DNA from: Klebsormidium nitens
Lineage: Eukaryota > Plantae > Klebsormidiophyceae
DNA: 64,000 nt
NCBI GenBank assembly: GCA_000708835.1
Contig: DF236958.1
Location: 314,692-378,691, forward strand
Reading direction: 5' to 3'
In this document: positions 49,515 through 60,790 of the stretch, in pieces
How positions within the stretch are numbered: the stretch's first letter is position 1
Layout of the letters: every line of letters starts with the position of its first letter
Program-made: the position numbers and the translations under genes
Notes under the pieces: generated by a model
The model's database searches: none
The model's input: the letters and a program-made list of their open reading frames with translations, nothing else
What the model was told of the DNA's origin: nothing

Positions 49515-52500
49515 ATGAGCAATCTGATCAGCAAATCTAGTCAATCAGCCCTCTTCAGAGCTCATCTGCAAGTAGTAGGCAGTTGTGCAAGTTGGTATGA
49601 ATCGAAGGCGAGTTTAAAGGCATCTTCTCTGTTTGCATTCCTCAACAGCCCGCCAACTTGTCTAACTAGTGGAGCTCAACTGATCAGGAAGACAACGACT
49701 CATCGACCGAAACAGTCAGCCCACCGAAATTGCAGAACCCCTCTGTGCTGTAGTTTCAGTGTTGCTGGATCTCTCACCTCCTTCAGCAGCCAGCATTTCT
49801 ATACGGACCCAAAGCCAGCATTATCATCACGTGGCGGCACTGGGAGCTGTCAAAAGATGCCCTCTGCAACATCAAACACTCTGCAAGGAGACATAGCGGC
49901 TGTGAAAAGCACAGTGGTTGATGAAATGCAATCGACACACTCGTCCTCGCCCCCTGAGCCTGTGCTAAGTATAAGTCTGATTGGTAATCACACAACAGAG
50001 GTCTTGAGTGTGGACTCCAGCGAGCCTCCTTTGGTGCATCTTGTAATTATCCCTGGCAATCCTGGTAAGTGACGGAGTCAAGTTTCAGCCTGAGAAGTGG
50101 TGGTGCCGTGCGGGGGCTGCGCCCCCAAACCCACTCAAATCAGTGGCGCAGATTGCTTCCTTGCTTTTTTCCAAAGTGGCTTTCTCAAGTCGCGCTTGCA
50201 TATTGCTGATTATTGATTGATCTTCACAATACAAAGTGATTTCAGGACTCCCTATCCCAGACTGGTTCGTTGTTTGCAGTCCTGTTTATTAAAGCTGGTC
50301 ATATTGTCTGACCAGCCCTTCAATGTAAAGCTTGCACGTACTTTGGGGGCCAGACTAAGCTTACACCAGAGTTCAACCTGCAGGTATTGTTGCCTACTAT
50401 GAGGAGTTGATTGGCCTAATTTCAGAGGTCGTCAGTAGAAAGTGGAAGATCACATGCATAAGTCATGTTGGTCATACACAGAGAGATTGGGAAAAGGGAA
50501 AGCTGTCATCACTACAGGCAAGTGATCCAATCAAGGCAACTCATTCTGTAAGTGTTAGATGACTCAGATGATCAACTCATAAGTTGTTGCCAGTCATTCC
50601 ATAATAGTTATATGTGCTGGACCTGATGTCATCCGCTGAAGCAAGGCGCACATTGGCAGCTGGTGACAGGCTCGATAAGGACAGCTTCGGTTTTGAGTTA
50701 CAGTACTGTGGAAGGAGTTGCACTTTGGTCCTTGATAAACGTTCCCCACACCCATACAGTCTGGACCTGATTGAATCTCCGTTTTGGTTTGGGACAATGC
50801 GATTTTGGGGCTTCTTGAATCTTCCAACAGAAGTATTTCCCTCAAGAGAAGTCAAAGCGAGGTCCATGGGGCCTCTGCCAAAACTTCAGAAGAATGAGCG
50901 CTTGAGAAGCGCGTCACTTGCAATTCAAAAAAAGGCCCATGACAGGGATGAACCAGGCACCTCCATGATCAGGCATTGGTCAACGCAAGCCTTTCTGACT
51001 CCAGGTATGCCACTCATGTGCAGGACCAGATTGAGCATAAGGCAGCCTACTTGAGGACTCTGGAGGACCAGGGCCTTCCAGTCATTCTTGTGGGGCACTC
51101 CATTGGGGCGCACATTGCGCTAGAGCTCTTGAGACGCTTTCCAAAGCTTGTCACAAAAGTCATCGGGCTCTACCCCTTCCTGTCGGTAAGGCACTGATTT
51201 GAACATCTGCATCTCGTTCTGTTCTTTGGTCATGAAGATCGGACCAACTTCTGATCGATTACAAACATGTCTGCAGATTACTCCCTCTGTTAAACATTTG
51301 CAGAATCTGGAGCTTAATATAGATAGCAGGTAGACGGTTTCTATTGTTGACGGATGTGGAGAAGCGGTTCTTCAACAGTACCAATACACGAAGACCGATG
51401 CTCCTCTCGACTTGGCTTTTTGAGAGGAAACTGTGGATCTGCGATTCCGCGCTTTGCTTCGTAGCCAGTCCCTCGAAGAATGGAATGGCGTTCAAGATAG
51501 CGTCCGAAGTTTTGGGGATGTTTCTCTGCTCATGCCCCGGCACCTTCGACGAGCTGCGAGCTCTCGCATATTCGTCCCTCCTCTCATCTTAGTTTCTGAA
51601 GCAATATCTTGAAGTACACCGCTTACCTTCTTGCAGCTCAATCTTGATTCATCAGAGCAAAAGATCCTCGGGAGAGCGACGCGCTTCTATCCGGCGAGGC
51701 TAGCATTCAGTACCCTGGCCGGTACTCTGGGCTTCCTCCCAGCCAGTCTGCAAATGGCTTTGCTCCGAAGTACGATTGGGAAGGCCTGGGACCAGCCAGC
51801 CATCGACGTCACTCGCCGGTACATGCTGACCGTGAGCAAGCCACTCGTTTCTCTGACGACAACCATTGGTCCTTAGATGCTTGTTTCAGGGCTGGGGTTG
51901 ATTAGCAACTTGTTGTCCATTTGCTGCCCGAAGTGCCAGGTCGGGGCCTTACCTGCACCCGTGATGCCCAGGGGTTTGCGACCTTGGAACCGAATATGGT
52001 ACGACAAGTTTGAGAGAGTCTGCGGGGCTTCGATCGATCTTTTGGAACGAATTCGGGAGCTTAGACGAGACTGTGAAGCTGCCCTTCCTTTGCTAGGTTG
52101 GATTTCTGTTGACTTTTCTTGAGCTTTCTTACTTTTAAAGCAGTCTTATTGCCACGAGTGGATAGTCGTTGTGATAATTGAACTGGTCGCCTGTCTTATG
52201 ACCTGCCAATCTCGCCTCTAGATTTTAAATTTGCAATCGGAACGGGCGAGACTTGGGACGGCTGTATGAAGGTTCTGATGCCTCTTACCGTCCACCGAAG
52301 CAGGCCCGAAGATCTGTCGGGGCCTGACAGATCGTCCCCGACAGACGTCACGGGGATTAAGAACCGGCAAGATTGCCGGGGCAAGGAGTGTCCAAATTTC
52401 AGTTCATGTTTCGAGTGAGACATCTGGTATGAGGAGTTTTTAGACCTAAGATCGACGCTCGTTCGCTTGTTCAGCTACCCTTGCTACTTACTCAATCCGA

Positions 52501-53902
52501 TTGCATCGTGGACCTGAAGGGCTTGTACACTTTGTCGTGCAGCACCATGTGGCGGCTAACTACGTGTACATGGGTGCTACCGAGTTCGAAACAGTGAGTT
52601 GTGCCCCGACCGTCTAGTATAACAACTCTCTTCTGTTTGGTGCTTGGTGAAGTCGCCCCCTCTGCCCGGCTTCCCCTTAAGTGGAAAGCGGTGCTCAGTA
52701 TGCTGCAAGCGTAGCGTGTACACGATAGGAGGCGTGCTCAGTTCTTTTGCGTTCTCACAACTCCGAACACTTGCCAATGGTGAATTTGACAACTCATTGC
52801 GTCATTATCTTGCACTGGAGGGGTGCATCCGTTGAACATGTTGATGTGAAAGGAGAAGGACGCCTTGACCAATACAGCACTCTTTTTCGGGTTGCTAGTT
52901 TGCAAGGTTGGAACTCCCTGACTGGGAATTTCTGGACAGTCAGAAGGGAAAGGTTGCCTTACTGTTTGGAGCCGACGATCACTGGGGTCCAATAAGCCTC
53001 TCCGACTTGGTGAGCCGAGCCAATCATCTCAAACATTCTTATCATGCAGTCCAGAACTTTTGGGCCTGAATTCTTTGAGCACTTAAAATCGATCATTGAC
53101 ATTGTAAAAGGGGCTTCCCTTTTTGAGTTTGCAGTATGCAAGGCAGCCTGCTCCAAGAGCCTGACCGGTTCTTGGGACCCTTCACGGATCTCAGCTCAGC
53201 TTAACTTAGTCTGCCTTTTCCATTGCACCAAACTAGCCTCTTGGAATTGGAGCTGAGGTTTCAAAAGTGCTACGATTTCGATCGATTGCGGCCAAGATTG
53301 GCGGGTCGGTTCTTGAGCATGGTGAAGTAGTTGGAACATGATGCAAAGTCGTGAAGACCCGTTTCAGGATTCAGACGGGGCTTCTAGGCTTGTCGGCTTT
53401 TATCCGGTTTGTCTCAAGCTTATCTCTAAGACAAACGTGCACTATTTTATTGCTTGTTGGTTCGGTACGAGCTACGATTGTCGTTCATGGATTCTTTACG
53501 TTGAAAAGTAGGCTTGCGATTGTCGCGGGCACACGGAAGAATAACGCATAATGACGTAGCATACCGTGTGGACGGACTTTTTGGGCATGGGAATGTTGCC
53601 GATTGCACTAAGTTGTCGTTGCTCCTCGATTTCTGGACAACTTCGGTCATCGGCTTGAGCATCTGCTCATGCAAATGCTCAGCAACCGTGGGCAGCGGAC
53701 GACTATGACCCCCTTGACAAGGTCTGTTCTGTGCTTCCCAATGCAGGCCCGTGAACGGGTTCCGTTGCTACATATAATTGAAGAAAAAGAAGGTTTGTTA
53801 CATGCGTTCTGTTGCACTCGTCGAGGTTCGTTATGGGTGGCTAAGGTAATACACTCTATCTGCATTGCTCTTGAGAATCCTGGAGGTCTGAGCGATTTGT
53901 AG
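49515..53902 (+). CDS. LDAH: Lipid droplet-associated hydrolase (LDAH)-family alpha/beta hydrolase
   Basis: Exons 49515 (or 49857)-50064, 50384-50517, 51024-51185, 51637-51831, 52543-52593, 52899-53009, 53747-53902. Motifs IIPGNPG, SHVGH, SLQDQIEHK, nucleophile GHSIG, FGADDHWGP, HAFCC. Intron 2 has a GC donor. Confidence 0.9.
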
Positions 53903-54959
53903 CAAGTAATTGTAAATGTTAATTGTTCTTCGTTGTCAAGCGATATCTTTTTAAACCAATGTACACCATCTGTGAGTCAGGTGACGCCATCCAAATGTCA
54001 GCCTTCACTTGCGAATAGAAGTAGATCCAGCAAATGGTGCTCTCTATTTCATCAATCTGGTTTTACGTCAGGGGCAGTAAAATCAGAAACGTGATGATGT
54101 GATCAAATCAGACATAATGATGCGGGATTTTGCTTCAAGGGACTTGCAGTGTGCACATGCGGCAAAGGACTAGCTCGAACTCAAATGCTTGTAGGTATGT
54201 TTACTAACGAGGTTGACTGCAAAAATTGTATGCCGTTATCGCATCTCGGCAATGAGACTCTGATCGTGACCTTGAAACATGGAATTCGAAGTACCATCGA
54301 ATTCGTGCACGTGCCAAGATGCGTATGCAAGGCTGATGGTCTCTTTTGACACGCCGTAGCATGTGCGGCCATTGGCTTCTCATGGCATACAATGTTTATG
54401 ATTGCTGATCCACGCAATGAACGATCTTGAGTCCGTCCATACGTACACTGAGCAGAATTAGACCACTCGAATTTGCAAAATCTAGAAACGTGTTAGCGTA
54501 CACGCGGTACATGTGCTGCCAGGATGTAACTGAAGTGAAGGAATGCAGACAGATGCAGACCGGATTGCAGAGAGCCCTAGTAGACTGCACAGCTTGGATT
54601 TGTAAAGAATTGTGCCAAGATTGTGATATTTAGTCTGATATCCTGACGCGCGTCGGTTACGATGAAGTCACGAATCTATATGTATATTGAAGGCCGGTTT
54701 CCCAAAACTAGTTTTGGCTGTCACATCATGTGAATCCATATGTGTTACGACAATTTGATCATGTCCTGAGTACAGGTTCATGTGCTCGAGCAGAATACGC
54801 TCAACTTATTGACTTATGGGGATGCATGATCTTGTCACCCTAGTCCAAGTTGGAAGTGCTGATTTGTAAAGTATTTAAATGAGGAGTCGAGTCCTCAGAC
54901 AGTCACGTGCCGCTCACCGGCCGCGACCGCCTGCATGGCGCGGCGCGCACTGGCAGCGC

Positions 54960-57300
54960 GCACTCGTTTCACTTGCGGTACCTACCGTACGGTATCCGTA
55001 GCCTAGGTACCTAGTAGGTAGGTACCGTTTACGGGAAAGTTGCAATTTCATGCAACGACAATCATTACAATGTTATCCGCTGCGTCTGGAATCTGCATCG
55101 TGCAGGTTGCAACTACGGTACCAAGAAAACGTGCGGGCTTGTATCCGTTGGATTGTACCGTACATGCATGTTTGCTACTGAGCCAAGGTTTCGCGCCGTC
55201 GATCGTTCGCACGCACCGCCAAAAGCGTAGAGTATCGTTTCTCGTAGCAATCATTGAGGCATAGTCACTCGACTGAGGAGTCAGGACTCTGGACTCTGGA
55301 GTCTGGAGCTGGAGTACCTAGGTACGGTACTAGGTAAACTCTGAGCATTGAGCAGTACCAGTATTGATGAGGTAGGTACACTAACGGGTACCAAGGGAGT
55401 TCGACGAAAGCAAGTAAGGTTAGTATGGAGTTAGGGTGCTTTCGGATACGGAGAAGGTCACGTTGTGCATGGGGTTTTACTGTCCGCTAACCACAAATGT
55501 TACCGTGGTATGGAATTCCACAATCAGGGACGTTCGTTCTCGTACCACGGTAGGCAGTACGTACCTAGGTACCTAGTACCGATATAAATAAAGTTTAATA
55601 CCTATAAGGCAATGTGACCTATAAGGTATTGTATTGCGTAAGAGGACTGTACGTTTAATGATTGCGCGGTCGTACCCCGCGCTGCGCGGTGCGTACCCGA
55701 GAAGCAACCGGGCCTGCCCTGGGACATTAGGGTCTCGCAAGCAACCGGGTGACACGCAGGCCCTCCCTCTGACATTAGGGTCTCGATGTCGCAAGCAGCC
55801 GGATGACAACCGGGCACTTCCCAGTAACATTAGGGTCTGTCGGTCACATTACCCTAGGTTTTTAGTGTTGCCCGGGGCTTTACATGTACAGTAGTCCTCT
55901 ACGGTTGAAGAAATTCCTTTTACGGAACGTACCTTATAGTTATTAAACTTTATGGTTATGTGTACCGTGGCGTACCCAGGGCCCAGGTACCCACCTACTA
56001 CCTAGTACCTGCCTACCTAGTACCGGTAATCGATTACCTAGCTCCTAATCATTAGGTATCGGACCGAGTCAAGATCCAGATTTCTGTCAAGACTGCAAAT
56101 ACGGTCCCAGGATCAGATTCAAAGCAGTGACAGGGTGGTCACATTTGAGGTCGCGACGACCCTTGGGACCGGTAGGAAGTACAAACACGGTCCACGATCG
56201 ACTGCACAGGGTACCTATACGGTACCTGGAGTGATCGAACGGAGTGATAGCAATTTACGGTACCTGGTTTTGTCGTATCTATGTACTTGCGACTTGCCGA
56301 CAAAAAGCGTGCTCATGTGGACGCCACAATGCACATGTGAGATCTGGAGTGTGGTGCACGAACGCCATGTCAGCAAGTTCTGAACCCCTGATCCCCCGTT
56401 GATAACGGAGATCCCAGCTCCTCGACATCAATAATTGCTGAAGCCAGGGGTGCCACCCAAGGCTGGCGTAAAAGCCGCCCCTAAACGACAAACCTGCGGG
56501 GATTGGACAAACGTGGGGGTTGCTTCAACTTCTTGAGCGGTTTGAAACTGCGGGATAGGTACCGTAGCCAGCAATCTGCCTGGCGGCGCCAGCCTTGTTC
56601 AACCTCCGCGTTATCGCTAACCTTCAGGCGTTTTTGTCCCGGACTTCGACGCCGGAACAAGTAATTTACACAGAACGCCTTCGGAATTGAGAAGTTGGAC
56701 ACTATTAAACAGCATAGAATATGCTCATTGAAAATCTTACTGGAAACAGGAAAGAGCATATTCGATCGCTCTGACAGTGGCAACTGACACCACGACAAAA
56801 TCCTGCCGGTGATGAGCGAATCGTTCAGAGCTTAATTCGGGCAAACTTACCTAGGTACGTCACAGCATGCAGGTGAACATTTTGTCCTATCAGTCGTGTG
56901 CTATAAGTAGGCTGCCATACGCGTCCCCCAGGCCCACGGTACTGAACGCGCGTACTTTATCGAATTACTCTTTTTGCCAGAAGGTACAGTACGTAGGTAC
57001 TTTGTACTACAGTGAGTAGTACCGTACCGGTACCATTTGCCACTACCGTAGGTGCCTCCACCTGTAATTGATGTGGGCTGACGGGGCCTGACATGAGTTC
57101 AGGAATCAGCACGACACTCTCACCACTGACACCAGCCTCGATCTTGGTGCTCAGACTCATTGGCACTGGGCAGGCGAGTTCTGTGCATCCAGTCACCAGA
57201 TCCAGTTCGCCTGTCCGAGCAAAGCGACTCGCGAGTGTTCTCCGCTGCCGGTGGTTTTGATCAGTGCCCTGTGCAGTGACGGCCTACATTCCTACCTACT
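54960..57300. repeat. GTAC/CTAG-rich, palindrome-rich low-complexity intergenic DNA
   Basis: Dense runs such as cggtacctaccgtacggtatccgtagcctaggtacctagtaggtaggtacc (~54976) and cagtacgtacctaggtacctagtacc (~55555). Inverted pair taccgtggta (55501) / taccacggta (55542); palindrome ggtaatcgattacc (~56025). Confidence 0.6.
55588..55953. mobile_element. MITE-like non-autonomous element (~366 bp) with 22-bp inverted repeats and three internal repeats
   Basis: Left ataaagtttaatacctataagg (55588-55609); right ccttatagttattaaactttat (55932-55953) is its reverse complement with 1 mismatch. Internal aagca(a/g)ccgg...acattagggtct units at ~55702, ~55739, ~55793. No clear target-site duplication. Confidence 0.55.
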
Positions 57301-57654
57301 CGGTACAGGAGAAGATCGATCGTGCTGATCCGGGCGGCCACATTTGTTTGAATCCTTCGTGAGGAAGACTAGGTAGTTCCACCGCGTTTGGCAGTGGCCT
57401 GGCTTTGACCACAAGGACTGGAGGTGGTGTCCCTTGCATTACTCCAGGAAGTTTGGTGGCCGTGTCCGCGAGGGACCTTACTTGCTGGATTGAGTGCAGA
57501 GACGCTGGCTTGGACGGCGGCAGCGGTTGCCGCAAAGTGGGCTCGCAGTGGAAGTGGAAGAGGTTTAATCTTTAGTGTGAACTCTGTTGCAACGCCTTTG
57601 GGCGATCAGGGAAGCCTGCAGCTGGCCACATTGTCGGGGCTTGCATCAGGAACA

Positions 57655-60600
57655 ATGTTCAGGCGACTGAGCGCAAGGATCAGATCGGGTAGCTCGGCTG
57701 GGAAGCGGGCTGGCAGTAGGGTAGAGCCTGCTGCACAGGGGGATCAAAGCCTGAAATGGCTGAAGGCAATCCATAATGCTCAGCAGGTGCGCCATTAGTG
57801 AACAGTCTGCTCACCAAGTTGCACATTTCTCTTGCCTTTGTCGTTTCAATATGTGCCGTTAACTTCCAGAAAGAATTACCTTCGCAATTCAACAGGATAT
57901 ATGTAACTTTGTGTGAACATTCTTTGATCAAGTCTCGTGTCCTGTTTGTGGCCAAAAAAATCAGATGCTTCTTTGAAGCTGTATTTGAGCGAAGGTTAAA
58001 TTGAAGGTGCCTTGGAGCTTGGTGTCACCAAACTGAGTGCTGATGCCGCTGATGTCGAATTTGCAGGGACCTGGCTTGCGCACATCAGCAGAAACACCAG
58101 AATCAGCATTTGAAGCAGGGCCCTCCCTGTCTCCATCACCCTCTGAATCAGATTTCCTGTGCACTAGCACAGAGGATGGCTCTGAGGACCCTTTCTTCTC
58201 CCCGAACAGCTCGCCATTTCCATTCCAATCTGATCTCAACCTCCCATATGATAGATACTCACCTCCTGAGTCACCATTACTATCGCCAAGCTCCGAAGCT
58301 GCCTCCTCCTCACCATCCGACCATGATGCCTTCCCTTCCGAATCAGAGCCTTCTACCCCGGACTCGTGCTCAGTGTCTGGTTTTGAGCCAGAGCTGGAAG
58401 TTTTGTCCCCAGGATTTGACACAGGAGTGGAAGATCTGAATGTGTTCCTGCGGGAGAGCAGATACAGGTGAGTTGGTCGCACCAGCACTGAGTATCTTTT
58501 TGCTGTGGTTTGGTCTTACAAGTGGGAACTCTGATTGTATCTTAGCATGTGAGAACATTGTATATTAGTATGTCATTGTGAGAACATGTCAGCAGGGAAC
58601 CCATTTGTTTCTAGGACGGTTCAATTATTTCTGCCAAGAATAAGTTGATCAGCACTTCGCATTTCCATCGGATTCCAAAGCCTAGAGTCAGGGATGAGCA
58701 CTAGTACACATTCAGGAACAAATCAAGGACTCTTATCTGGCAAAATTTGCTCCTGAGCGCTGATCCTTTTATCAATGTGTGCAGGTTTGAGGATCGTGCC
58801 AACAACACTCCCATCACGGTTGTACTGGGCAATGAAGCGGCAGACTTGGATTCGATGGTCTCTGCGATTGCTTACGCACGTTTGTTGGAGGCCACCAGGA
58901 GTCCTTCCTCAGCTGTGGTAGTGCCCCTGCTAAACATACCAAGGAGAGACCTGCCCCTGAGAACAGAAGCAGCATACCTTTTCAGGTATGAAGATCCTAG
59001 GAGAGGAAGAAACGAAGCATGGGCTCACAGCCTGGACAAACTTCAGTGAAGCGTGTCTGCTTGCATCTGGCTGCAACCAAGAGGGGCCTTGGCAGCGATC
59101 CCTTGGCAAGCATATTCCTCTGCAAGCACATTCCTCATCAATTCTTGCAATTAGGATGGAAGGCAGATCCTTCTGTTTGCTGGCTTGCTTATATTTCTTT
59201 GGCCAATTCTCTTGCAGCACAATGGGACTGGATCTGGACGCCCTTCTTTTTGTGGACGAAGTGGACCTTGACGCGCTTTCTTCAAGCGGAAGATTGCGGC
59301 TGGTCTTGGTCGATCACAACCGTCTGGCGCGCAGCCAGGAGCACCTGCATCGATCTGTCATTGAAATCGTTGACCATCATGAGCCGGAGGGTTTGTATCC
59401 CTGGGTGGAGGAACGACTTATAGAGCCAGTGAGTTCTCTAACTCTTCTGCTCCAAAAATTTGCAGTCTATATCCAATGAAGCAAGCCTCACGCAATTGTG
59501 AACAAAGTTGATTGGAAAGAGTATTTCACTCGAGCGCACTATGCTCGTGTTTGTGTCAACTGTACTGCGTCGCTCGAAGGGCTTCTAACGGCAACTTGAT
59601 GGTGTCTGCAGGTTGGTTCCTGCTGCACACTCGTCGCGGAGCGCATCTCCGAGCAAGCGCCAGAGCTGCTCCAAGGACGGGGCCTGAGCAAGCTTCTGCT
59701 CTCAGCAATTCTTCTCGACACTTCCAACCTCGATGACACAGTGGGCCGAAGCACCGAATCAGACGAGATCATGGCGGCTCTATTGGTCAACGGAGCAGGG
59801 ACTCTGGGGCGCTACGGCCTGTTCGAGCTCCGTGAGTATCTTCCGCAATCTTCACTCTTTGGAAGGGTTGTCGCTGATGTCGTCATTTGTACTTCTGGAT
59901 CACTGGCAGGCCCTGCAAGTTTGCATCTCTCTGTTGTCACCCACTGGGGATCAAACATAAGACCTCAAGTCAGTGTGAGCAGATTACAACAGTTGCTCTA
60001 ACAGCCTGGCCACCTCTTCCAACGCTATGTCCTTGCCTTTGGCTCCTCTTTTAATAGTTGCCTGCCGGCTTTTGCAGTGAGGGCAAAACGCTTCGATCAA
60101 TCAGGTCTTAGCACGGCAGACCTTCTGCGGAAGGACTACAAGCAGTGGCTGATGGCCCCTGACGCTAATGTGGGGATCAGTGCTGTGGGGCTGCCTCTCC
60201 GGAAGATGGCATCAAAGGACAAGGACTTCAAATCGGAGGTCAAATCGTTTGCAGGTGAGCAACTGATCAACCCCGCTTACCTCTTTCCTTGCGTTTCTGG
60301 AGCAAAATCTGCTTGCCTCAAACGACTACTTCAGTTCTCCCTTTGTTTTGAATCGAAGGCTCTCATGTTAAGAATCATCTTATCGATCATCTTCACTCAA
60401 CTTGGGAATGACAGACGGATTTCTTTGCACCAAAGAAGACTGCTCAATAGGAAAGACCAGATCATCTTGTAACGGATTGGAGACTTACGAGGGCTGTCGA
60501 CTTCTTTTGCAGCGCAACATGACCTGGAGGTCCTCGTCATCATGTCCATGTTCTATGACGTCATGGGCAACTTCAAGCGCCAGATTGCCATCGTGGCTGA

Positions 60601-60790
60601 CGACGAGGCCCTCGTCAGGGACATCGCCAAGTTCCTGGCATCGCCAGATGCGGGGTTGAGGCTCACAGCGAATCCTGCAGCGGGATTTCCCGACTTTTCC
60701 AAGGTTTACAATCAAACGTGCCTGACAGCGTCACGGAAGAAGGTCCAGCCTCTTCTCAAGGAGTTCTTTGCTTCGAGATTTGGACAATGA
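57655..60790 (+). CDS. PRUNE: PRUNE/PPX1-type exopolyphosphatase (DHH family) with N-terminal extension
   Basis: Exons 57655-57786, 58067-58467, 58785-58985, 59218-59428, 59612-59831, 60078-60254, 60513-60790, phases consistent. Motifs VVLGNEAADLDS, LVDHN, IVDHH, VGSCCTLV, AILLDTSN, RKDYK, SRKKVQP. Start codon less certain. Confidence 0.92.

Noticed and set aside
56279-56798. Short ORFs near the MITE-like element as a transposase
   Set aside because: No DDE, zinc-finger, RT or helicase motif recognised.
57961-58488. 175-aa acidic minus-strand ORF
   Set aside because: Shadow of PRUNE exon 2; the plus frame splices in phase into the DHH domain.
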